Origin: Opitutales bacterium
GTDB taxonomy: Bacteria; Verrucomicrobiota; Verrucomicrobiia; Opitutales; PNEW01
Reading direction: 5' to 3'
Assembly (NCBI GenBank): GCA_965219535.1
Contig: CBDCNV010000002.1
Coordinates: forward strand, 1,500,001 to 1,532,000
Length of the DNA: 32,000 bases
Shown: in pieces, positions 14,896-21,666 of the stretch
Layout: every line of letters starts with the position of its first letter
Numbering within the stretch: the first letter of the stretch is position 1
Program-made: the position numbers and the translations under genes
Notes under the pieces: model-generated
Seen by the model: the letters and a program-made list of their open reading frames with translations, nothing else
Databases searched by the model: none
Told to the model about the DNA's origin: nothing

Positions 14896-16269
14896 TTATA
14901 ACTTCACCTGGCTCATTCCATCATCGATGATGGCTAAGATTTCATCGATTTGTGCGTGGGAGGCGATGAGGGGAGGGCTGAGGCGGAGGTCGTCGCCGTT
15001 AACCCAGTCAGCGGATCCCTGACCTGCAGTCATGGAAAGTCCTTTTTCGAAGGCGTAGTCGGCTATTTGTTGACCGATTTTCAGTTCAGCAGGAAAGGGT
15101 TCTTTGGTTTTGCGGTCCTTCACGAGTTCGATCCCCCACAACATTCCCTTGGCGCGAATATCACCGACGAAGGAATGTTTCTTAAGTGCTTCTGCTTTTT
15201 CCAAGAAATATTTTTCCTTTTCGGCCACTTGATCGAGTATCTTTTCTTCCTCTATGATTGCCAACACTTCCAACCCGACACGCATCGCGACGGGATTGTC
15301 GACGTAGGTAAATACGTGGGCAAATATTTCGCGGGATTCGCGAAAGCTGTCGTATATTTTATCCCGCATGAGCACACCACCGAGGGGACTATAACCGCTG
15401 CTCGCACCCTTGCCAAAAACAATGATGTCGGGCACCACATCCCAATGTTCGACCGCGAAGTATTTTCCCGTCCGGCCGAAGCCGGTTATTACTTCATCGG
15501 CGATGAAGAGGACATCATACTTATCGCAGATCTCGCGTAATTCTTTTAAATAATTATCGCCGGGCACACCCGCAGCAATGCCGGCTGAATTAACCGGCTC
15601 GGCGATAAAGGCGGCGACATTTTCAGGTCCGGCTTCGATGATCGCCTGTTCCAAATCACGGGCGCAACTCAGGTTGCAATCACCTTCACACCCAGTAAAT
15701 TTGCAGCGATAGGGATAGCAGGGGGATATTTTCGGAAAATTGGGAAACCAGGGGGTAAATTGGTTTTTCAATAAGGGCATGCCAGAGGCCGCCATCGCTC
15801 CCAGTGTCGCGCCGTGGTAAGCCTTCCAACGTGAAATGATAAGTTGCTTCTGATTGTTGCCGCGCTGCAGATGATACTGGCGGCATATCTTGAAGGCACT
15901 CTCGTTTCCCTCTGATCCACCGGATACAAAGTAGACATGATTGAGATCACCGGGCGCGAGGTCGGCGATACGTGAAGAGTATTCCAGGGCGAGTCGGTTT
16001 GTAAAGTTAGTGGAAAAACAAAAGGCCATCGTCTCGGCCTGATCTCCCATCGCTTCGGCAATACGTTGCCGACCGTGACCGAGGGTGACATTACCCGCGC
16101 CCGCACAACCGTCGATGTAGCGCTTACCGTCCTCACCGAAGAGATAAATCCCTTCGCCCCGTACCATGACGGAATACTTTTTATTCAGGTCGCGGTGGAA
16201 AAGAGAGTTGGCGATTGCGAGATGTCGGGCTTCGCCCTCGGTACGGATTTCGGATTGGGTTTTAGGCAT
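14896..16269 (-). CDS. class-III (omega) pyridoxal-phosphate aminotransferase
   Basis: The start is set at the second ATG (16269; MPKTQSEIRTEG...). Fold-type-I class-III landmarks are present: VRGEGIYLFGEDGKRYIDG, FIADEVITGFGRTG and the PLP-lysine context IIVFGKGASSGYSPLGG. Confidence 0.85.
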   Translation of the reverse strand: MPKTQSEIRTEGEARHLAIANSLFHRDLNKKYSVMVRGEGIYLFGEDGKRYIDGCAGAGNVTLGHGRQRIAEAMGDQAETMAFCFSTNFTNRLALEYSSRIADLAPGDLNHVYFVSGGSEGNESAFKICRQYHLQRGNNQKQLIISRWKAYHGATLGAMAASGMPLLKNQFTPWFPNFPKISPCYPYRCKFTGCEGDCNLSCARDLEQAIIEAGPENVAAFIAEPVNSAGIAAGVPGDNYLKELREICDKYDVLFIADEVITGFGRTGKYFAVEHWDVVPDIIVFGKGASSGYSPLGGVLMRDKIYDSFRESREIFAHVFTYVDNPVAMRVGLEVLAIIEEEKILDQVAEKEKYFLEKAEALKKHSFVGDIRAKGMLWGIELVKDRKTKEPFPAELKIGQQIADYAFEKGLSMTAGQGSADWVNGDDLRLSPPLIASHAQIDEILAIIDDGMSQVKL

Positions 16270-16276
16270 GTATAAA

Positions 16277-16440
16277 GTCAAAAAGTCAAATGGTCAAAAA
16301 GTCAAAAGGTTTAAGACGCAAACGAGATTGTCATGATTTAAAGTGAAAATTTCAGGGTATATAGTAATTCCATTGATCATAGAAACTTTCATTTATAATC
16401 ACTTTTACTTTTTGACCTTTTGACGTTTTGACCTTTTGAC
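16277..16440. repeat. divergent-gene spacer bounded by pure inverted octamer arrays, AT-rich centre
   Basis: The forward arm GTCAAAAA GTCAAATG GTCAAAAA GTCAAAAG is at 16277-16308. The reverse arm CTTTTAC TTTTTGAC CTTTTGAC GTTTTGAC CTTTTGAC is at 16402-16440. A TATAAT hexamer sits at 16394-16399. Confidence 0.95.
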
Positions 16441-16449
16441 TAGTGGGCG

Positions 16450-17934
16450 ATGCCCACGATCAATCACGAATTTATTCTTACTAAAATTATCGCGACGTTG
16501 GGGCCTGCGACTTCGGGGGTCGCTGATATGGTTGAGATGATCGAAAATGGGGTTAATGTGTTCCGTGTTAATTTTTCGCATGGTGAACTGGAGTCATTTA
16601 AAATACTTTTGGATAACATTCGCGAAGCCTCGAAAAAGACGGGACATAATATCGGGGTGCTCGCGGATTTATCCGGTCCTAAATTTAGGATTGGTAAGGT
16701 TGCTGAGGGCGGTGTTGAACTGGAACCAGGGAAGGAAGTAATATTAACGTCAGAAGAAGCGGTTCAGAAAAGTGATTCAAAAACCCTGAGGGTGTCGGTT
16801 AATAACCCGGTCTTTATTCCTGAACTGAAAGTGGGACAGCATATCCTGCTCAATGATGGTGAGTTTGATTTGGAATGCAGCGGAGTACTGGATGGTGATC
16901 ACCCCCAAGCGCGGTGCAGGGTAGTTAGTGGTGGTCGGCTAACTTCAGACAAGGGAATCAATCTACCGGATACTAAACTTTCGCTCCCCTCACTGACCGA
17001 ATGGGATTTGCGCTGTATAGATTTTGCGGTGGAGCACGGATTTGATTTTCTCGCCTTGAGTTTCGTGCGCAGTGGTAAAGACGTTCAATTATTGAAAGAC
17101 CGCCTTCGTGAGTTGGGCGCGCGCCCGTCTATGCCCAAGCGCTCTACCGGCGGAAGTGGACCACGGTTCAGTTCTTACGGGGGCGGCTCAAAAAGTTTCA
17201 TTCCGGTGCTGTCTAAAATTGAAAAGCCGGAGGCGTTGGATGACCTCGAAAGTATCGTGGACGAATCGGATATTATCATGATCGCCCGCGGTGATTTGGG
17301 CGTGGAGATGGACCTGGCAAAGGTGCCCGTCATCCAGAGAAAGATTATTAAAACCTGTCACGATCACGGGAAACCGGTTGTTGTCGCGACCCAGATGCTA
17401 CAGAGCATGATTGAAGTACCGTCCCCGACACGCGCTGAAGTCAGTGATGTTGCGAATGCCATCCTGGAAGGTGCCCACGCCGTTATGCTGTCGGGGGAAT
17501 CGGCAGTCGGCAGTTACCCGGTTGAGTCCGTAAAAATGATGCGGCGCATCGCTCGCGAGACAAACATCTATCGGCGGACTGAAGCGATCGACAGCGCACC
17601 GCCAAGCAATCCGAGGGCGTCACGCTATCGCACTGCTGCGCTGGCCCACGGGGTCAGCGTTGTCGTTCGCGATCTCGACGCAAAACTGATCGTGATGTGG
17701 TCTCAACTCGGGGGTGGTGCCAGTTACGTCTCACAGATGCGATCTTCAGTGCCGGTCATCGCTCTCAGTTCTAATCCGGAGGCTTTGCGGCGGATGTCTA
17801 TTCTTTATGGATTGTTTCCTTATTTCATGGAGCAACCCGAATCGACGGCCGCTTTTATTATTCAGTTGGACAAGCTTCTAATCGATCAGAAATGGGCGGT
17901 AATAGGGGATCCCATCGGCTGTGTTAGGTGTTAG
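16450..17934 (+). CDS. pyk: pyruvate kinase; C-terminal end replaced by a repeat word (probably truncated by about 20-25 aa)
   Basis: Landmarks are TKIIATLGPAT, NFSHG and MIARGDLGVEMD. A low-complexity insert reads RPSMPKRSTGGSGPRFSSYGGGSKS. The ORF ends ...VIGDPIG-CVRC*, and the last codons TGT GTT AGG TGT TAG belong to the TTAGGTG heptamer array. Confidence 0.8.
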   Translation: MPTINHEFILTKIIATLGPATSGVADMVEMIENGVNVFRVNFSHGELESFKILLDNIREASKKTGHNIGVLADLSGPKFRIGKVAEGGVELEPGKEVILTSEEAVQKSDSKTLRVSVNNPVFIPELKVGQHILLNDGEFDLECSGVLDGDHPQARCRVVSGGRLTSDKGINLPDTKLSLPSLTEWDLRCIDFAVEHGFDFLALSFVRSGKDVQLLKDRLRELGARPSMPKRSTGGSGPRFSSYGGGSKSFIPVLSKIEKPEALDDLESIVDESDIIMIARGDLGVEMDLAKVPVIQRKIIKTCHDHGKPVVVATQMLQSMIEVPSPTRAEVSDVANAILEGAHAVMLSGESAVGSYPVESVKMMRRIARETNIYRRTEAIDSAPPSNPRASRYRTAALAHGVSVVVRDLDAKLIVMWSQLGGGASYVSQMRSSVPVIALSSNPEALRRMSILYGLFPYFMEQPESTAAFIIQLDKLLIDQKWAVIGDPIGCVRC

Positions 17935-17951
17935 GTTTTAAGTGTTAGGTT
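17921..17951. repeat. forward TTARGTK heptamer array overlapping the pyk stop
   Basis: TTAGGTG TTAGGTT TTAAGTG TTAGGTT lies at 17924-17951. Confidence 0.9.
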
Positions 17952-17960
17952 GGAGAATTC

Positions 17961-19344
17961 TGTCGGTACAACCAGGACATGGTTTACAGATTTAGATCAA
18001 GACATGGTTTACACTTTGTGAGGGATGCTGAACGGTAATCGGGTTATATAGTTAAGTTAATGTTATGCGGTTTTAGAGGTTTGGCTGGCATTGTTGGGGC
18101 CGCAAGCGGCCCCAATGAAAGCAGCCGTTGAAAGGTCAATCTGACCGATTCTGAGAGTGGCAAAGTAAACATCGAAGTGTACCGTGTCTAGTGGTTTTAG
18201 TCCAACGCTCCAACCGGCGAGGGCGGTGGAGATAGGAATCTGGAAGCCATCGAGTTTGATAGACCCGCTTTTTGAGACCCGGCGAGTCATCAAATCATAG
18301 CTGATATCGGCAGGAGTGCCACCGTAAGGATGAGAGCTGTGCTGATAGATTTCAGAGGGCGTGCTCATGGCAAGAGCCGCATGGGGGCGTTCTTCATTGA
18401 AGGTCTTGCGCCACAGATCGAAGGCCACCTGTTGGGTGCGAAGATCGTCCTGGGCATGTTTTTGCAACTCCTCTTTGATATCGCGATGGAGACGCTCATG
18501 GGCACCGTTATCCTGGGGTTTACCCGGACGTCCACGCTCGAGATTGATCCCTAAGGCCAGCCACCAGGCCGCCAGTTTGCTCAGGCCCAGGACCGCATTG
18601 GCACTGGCAAAGGGACTGCCGTTGTCGCTGCGGATGCAAGCGGGAAGTCCATAGCGTTCAAAGAGTTTTGTGAAGCATTCACGCACCGCTTCGCTACGGG
18701 CTGAACTGAGCACCCGCACCTCTAATACATAGCGGCTCCATTCATCCCGTACCGTCAAAGGTTCACAACGGTTGCCATCAACGGTGTGCCACCACCCTTT
18801 GAAGTCTACGCTCCACACTTCGTTACAGCCACTGGCCTTGACGCTGCGGTAAAGGCGTCCGCTTTTTTGAGCGCTTCTGCGCCGACGCTTTTGCACCAGT
18901 CCCGCACGTTCCAAGACCCGTTTCACGCTCGAGTCTGAGGGGGCCTTCCCGTAACGCCTCTGGTAAAGCTCGCGGATCTTGTAGGGGCCCCACGTCGGGT
19001 GATGATGCTTGAGTTTGATCAGCGTACATACTACTGATTCGGATAGTTCCTGAACACTTCCATGCGGTCGGCGTGAGCGCTCGTGCAACCCCTCCATCCC
19101 TTCGCTCAGGAAGCGCTTCTTCCATTTATACCCTGTCGGTCGGCTGATCCCGTAGTCTTCACACAGCTCGTTCATCTTTACTCCCGGTTGCATCGATTCC
19201 AGGGCGAATTGGTATCTTTGGTCCATTTTATTTGTTTCCTTCCATGACATCATACCCCTTACTTAGCATCCTTCTTTCTTTGGCAATCTGTAAAGGATGT
19301 CCTGAACCTTTTGTGTAAAGAATGTCTTGAACCTATACCTGTCA
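17961..19344 (-). mobile_element. IS481-like insertion sequence (boundaries approximate)
   Basis: The element holds a single HTH plus rve/DDE transposase ORF. The imperfect termini are TGTCGGTACAACCAGGACATGGTTTACAG (17961-) and the reverse complement of 19313-19344, TGACAGGTATAGGTTCAAGACATTCTTTACAC. Each end also carries a second subterminal copy of CARGACATNNTTTACAS. Confidence 0.55.
18063..19253 (-). CDS. IS481-family transposase (HTH plus integrase-core DDE)
   Basis: 396-aa ORF. The N-terminal HTH region reads ELCEDYGISRPTGYKWKKRF. The DDE landmarks are WSVDFKG, IRSDNGSPF and QDNGAHERLHRDIK. Confidence 0.8.
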   Translation of the reverse strand: MMSWKETNKMDQRYQFALESMQPGVKMNELCEDYGISRPTGYKWKKRFLSEGMEGLHERSRRPHGSVQELSESVVCTLIKLKHHHPTWGPYKIRELYQRRYGKAPSDSSVKRVLERAGLVQKRRRRSAQKSGRLYRSVKASGCNEVWSVDFKGWWHTVDGNRCEPLTVRDEWSRYVLEVRVLSSARSEAVRECFTKLFERYGLPACIRSDNGSPFASANAVLGLSKLAAWWLALGINLERGRPGKPQDNGAHERLHRDIKEELQKHAQDDLRTQQVAFDLWRKTFNEERPHAALAMSTPSEIYQHSSHPYGGTPADISYDLMTRRVSKSGSIKLDGFQIPISTALAGWSVGLKPLDTVHFDVYFATLRIGQIDLSTAAFIGAACGPNNASQTSKTA

Positions 19345-19487
19345 AAAGTCGAAGGTCGGAAATCTAAGGGTGGAGGGAAATTAATTATAAAACTTTCTGG
19401 GATGGAAGATGTCGCTGCGCTCGGTAGCCGGGCTCGCAATGACAATTGGAAAAATCAACCTTGGACTTTTGACTTTCGACCTTTGAC
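19341..19487. repeat. spacer remnant right of the IS, bounded by inverted GTC-A-run arrays
   Basis: The forward arm GTCAAAA GTCGAAG GTCGGAAA TCTAAGG is at 19341-19369. GCTCGCAATGACAA, a fragment of the long-hairpin element, is at about 19432-19445. The reverse arm CTTGGAC TTTTGAC TTTCGAC CTTTGAC is at 19460-19487. Confidence 0.9.
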
Positions 19488-19488
19488 T

Positions 19489-19508
19489 CACCTCATTTCA
19501 ATGAGGTG
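19489..19508 (-). other. 8-bp hairpin with the stop codon in its loop
   Basis: CACCTCAT (19489-19496) pairs with ATGAGGTG (19501-19508). The loop is TTCA, and the stop TCA (reverse complement TGA) is at 19498-19500. Confidence 0.5.
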
Positions 19509-20310
19509 CCTCTGCATCTTGAAAAATATTTATATAGTTATATTTGTGGAGCCAATCGATCCAGCGTTGGCGCACAGGGTTGTTATCGGGGTTGGCTAAC
19601 CATTCAGGGGGGTATTCCGAGGTGGGATTTTCGAAGGTGTTTTTACCCATACCGACTCGCGTCTGATTTGTGATGTCTGCTTCATTGCGCAAGGACGCTT
19701 CTTCTTCGGGGGATCTGGCATCATCGATGTAAATAAGCGAAACCATGCGACGGTCGAGGGAACCGCCCCAACTGGCGTGCCACATGTGGGTATCAAAAAG
19801 AAAGGCGTCACCGGGCTCGGTCTCACAGATATAGGTGGGGGCCCCTTTGATATCTGATCGGTCTATGTATTCTACTTCATGATGCAAGGGGGGTCTATGA
19901 GAACCAGCGATAAATCGCAGCGCGCCGTTCTCTCCATTGAGCGATTGTAAATAAATGGGGAACTTGATCATGCGGACATTAAAGTCGCGGCAGTCCGGAT
20001 GCCAATTTGTGTTATTAATATAGCTGCCGGAATTACAGGAGCGCCCAATGCAATTTTCTCCCAGTATCTGTTCGGCGATGCTCAGGAATCGCTCGTCTTC
20101 AATGAGAGATGCGAGGTGAGGGGTCTGCGATCCCAGGCTGGACCAACTGCAGTATTTTACTTCTTCCTGTGGTCCAGTGTAACGAAGTGTGGATTCCAGC
20201 TTAAGCTGTATCTCTTCGTTGAAAATTTTGATCTCGTCCTGACTGACCAAACCTCGCAGTGGAACGAAACCGAATATGTTGAAGTGAGCGAGTTGGGATG
20301 GGGTTAGCAT
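19498..20310 (-). CDS. PhyH-family Fe(II)/2OG dioxygenase (subfamily paralogue)
   Basis: 270-aa ORF with WHPDC (HxD), ENGALRFIAGSHR and THMWHASWGGSLDRR. The C-terminal motif is EWLANPDNNPVRQRWIDWL. Confidence 0.8.
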   Translation of the reverse strand: MLTPSQLAHFNIFGFVPLRGLVSQDEIKIFNEEIQLKLESTLRYTGPQEEVKYCSWSSLGSQTPHLASLIEDERFLSIAEQILGENCIGRSCNSGSYINNTNWHPDCRDFNVRMIKFPIYLQSLNGENGALRFIAGSHRPPLHHEVEYIDRSDIKGAPTYICETEPGDAFLFDTHMWHASWGGSLDRRMVSLIYIDDARSPEEEASLRNEADITNQTRVGMGKNTFENPTSEYPPEWLANPDNNPVRQRWIDWLHKYNYINIFQDAEAPH

Positions 20311-20313
20311 GGG

Positions 20314-20347
20314 TTTTCATTTTAATCGTACGCGATTAAAATGAAAA
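20314..20347 (-). promoter_or_regulatory. AT-rich 15-bp-arm palindrome between the octamer array and the start codon
   Basis: TTTTCATTTTAATCG - TACG - CGATTAAAATGAAAA. It lies 3 nt from the ATG (20310-20308). It shares ATTTTAATC...GATTAAAAT with the palindrome upstream of the paralogue at 21498-21529. Confidence 0.55.
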
Positions 20348-20638
20348 GTCAAAAGGTCAAAAAGTCAAAAGGTCAAAAAGGGAGAGTGCGGGGAATTCAG
20401 TGAACAGTAAACAGTGGGGGAGTTGTGGATGGATACTAACAGTGCCAACTTTTCTTTCCTGAACCCTGAACCCTGAACCCTGAACCCTGAACCCTGAACT
20501 CTGAATGGTGAACCTTCCATCTATAACAGCAGACTAAGACGAAGAGGCAGACGAAGACGAAGAGGCAGACCCGTCTTCGCAGTAGTCTACTCCGTGGCAA
20601 GTAAAGACGAAGATGGCTTACGCCGCTTAAAACTTAAC
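20348..20638. repeat. spacer mosaic with four word arrays
   Basis: Modules in order: GTCAAAAG GTCAAAAA GTCAAAAG GTCAAAAAG (20348-20380); GTGAACA GTAAACA (about 20399-20412); CCTGAAC 6 perfect copies plus 2 degenerate (20458-20513); 2 x 18-mer GACTAAGACGAAGAGGCA GACGAAGACGAAGAGGCA (20532-20567) with a CGAAGACG/CGTCTTCG stem (20552-20559 / 20572-20579); reversed CTTAAAA CTTAAC (20626-20638). Confidence 0.95.
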
Positions 20639-20646
20639 TCTGGATA

Positions 20647-20674
20647 TTTTCAGGATACCGGAGCGTCCTGAAAA
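20647..20674 (-). other. 8-bp hairpin spanning the stop codon
   Basis: TTTTCAGG (20647-20654, containing the stop at 20650-20652) pairs with CCTGAAAA (20667-20674). The loop is 12 nt. Confidence 0.45.
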
Positions 20675-21495
20675 CTTTCAATATAACCCCACTTGTGGAG
20701 CCAGTCGATCCAGCGTTGCCGAACGGGATCTTTATCTGGATTGGCCAACCATTCGAGGGGGTATTCGGGTTGGCGTTCGGCATAAGTGTTCTTAGCGAGA
20801 TTTTCACGCACGGCGTGAGCACCTTTTACATTTTCACGTATTGCGTCCTCTGCTTCAGGTGTCTTTGGATTCTTTATATATATGGGGGACAGCATACGGC
20901 GGTCAATTTTCCCTCCCCATGAGGCGTGCCAGATATGGGTGTCAAAAACAAGGACATCACCGACTTCCACTTTACAGGCATGCGTGGGGACATCTTTAAT
21001 CGAGGCACCTTTGCGTGTAGCATCATCATCATATCCCGGTGGATCAAATTTGGTTACGGCCTCATGGAATGGCTGCTTATGTGAACCGGGGATAAGGCGC
21101 AAGGCCCCGTTGTTTGCGTCGAGGTCTTGTAAGTAGATGGGAAACTTAATGGATTGATGATGGAAATTGCGACAATCGGGATGCCACCTGGTATCGTTGA
21201 CATAGCTGCCGGCATTACAGGATGCGAGGTTACAGTCCTCACCCAGTATCTGCTCGGCGATACTTAAGATCCTGGGATCTTGAGGGAGCTTAGATAAAAC
21301 AGGGGTCTCGGAAGTCAAGTTAGACCAACTGCAGTAATTGGCACCTTCATCCTGAGGTCCGGTGAATCGCAGCGTCGATTCTAACTTTAACTGGAATTCT
21401 TCGTTGAAGACTTTGATTTCGTCCGGACTAAAAAGCTCTCGCATCGTTACGAAACCAAAAGTTTTAAAATAGGTGAGTTGGTGTTTGGTGAGCAT
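20650..21495 (-). CDS. PhyH-family Fe(II)/2OG dioxygenase (subfamily paralogue, in tandem with 19498-20310)
   Basis: 281-aa ORF with WHPDC, NNGALRLIPGSHK and THIWHASWGGKIDRR. The C-terminal motif is EWLANPDKDPVRQRWIDWL. Confidence 0.8.
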   Translation of the reverse strand: MLTKHQLTYFKTFGFVTMRELFSPDEIKVFNEEFQLKLESTLRFTGPQDEGANYCSWSNLTSETPVLSKLPQDPRILSIAEQILGEDCNLASCNAGSYVNDTRWHPDCRNFHHQSIKFPIYLQDLDANNGALRLIPGSHKQPFHEAVTKFDPPGYDDDATRKGASIKDVPTHACKVEVGDVLVFDTHIWHASWGGKIDRRMLSPIYIKNPKTPEAEDAIRENVKGAHAVRENLAKNTYAERQPEYPLEWLANPDKDPVRQRWIDWLHKWGYIESFQDAPVS

Positions 21496-21497
21496 TG

Positions 21498-21529
21498 TTT
21501 TATTTTAATCATGCATGATTAAAATAAAA
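21498..21529 (-). promoter_or_regulatory. perfect 32-bp AT-rich palindrome between the octamer array and the start codon
   Basis: TTTTATTTTAATCATG CATGATTAAAATAAAA. It lies 2 nt from the ATG (21495-21493), and the GTCAAAA array starts at 21531. Confidence 0.55.
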
Positions 21530-21530
21530 A

Positions 21531-21650
21531 GTCAAAAGTCAAAAGTCGAAGGTCGAAAGGGGAGAGCGCTGACGCGCGTGGTAGATTTTAGGTGTTAAGT
21601 AATTCTATCTAATTCTTACCGCTTTCGACCTTTAACCTTAGACTTTCGAC
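21531..21650. repeat. spacer bounded by inverted GTC-A-run arrays
   Basis: The forward arm GTCAAAA GTCAAAA GTCGAAG GTCGAAAG is at 21531-21559. A GAGCGCTGACGCGCG hairpin with TTTTAGGTGTTAAGT lies at 21563-21600. The reverse arm CTTTCGAC CTTTAAC CTTAGAC TTTCGAC is at 21622-21650. Confidence 0.9.
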
Positions 21651-21666
21651 GAAGGTGGTTTGCCCC

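Noticed and set aside
14714-15022. 102-aa ORF with a KTKRQT x6 repeat
   Set aside because: It is an in-frame reading of the 18-bp tandem array and overlaps the 3' end of the aminotransferase on the opposite strand. It is an artefact of the period being a multiple of 3.
12635-16440. Integron-like gene cassettes with attC sites (each gene flanked by inverted repeats)
   Set aside because: Gene orientations are mixed. No intI integrase or attI is present. The spacers are heterogeneous mosaics rather than single imperfect-palindrome attC sites with R/L boxes.
16402-16440. YTTTTGAC arms as stacked sigma-70 -35 boxes (TTGAC) forming promoters
   Set aside because: This is tempting because the arms always lie upstream of starts. 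However, the last unit ends only 8-30 nt from the ATG, no consistent -10 element follows at proper spacing, and the same units in reverse follow stop codons. It cannot be supported without TSS data.
17921-17951. Telomere-like TTAGG repeats
   Set aside because: The units are imperfect heptamers (TTARGTK). They are internal, short, occur in both orientations and are embedded among other modules, so they are not chromosome ends.
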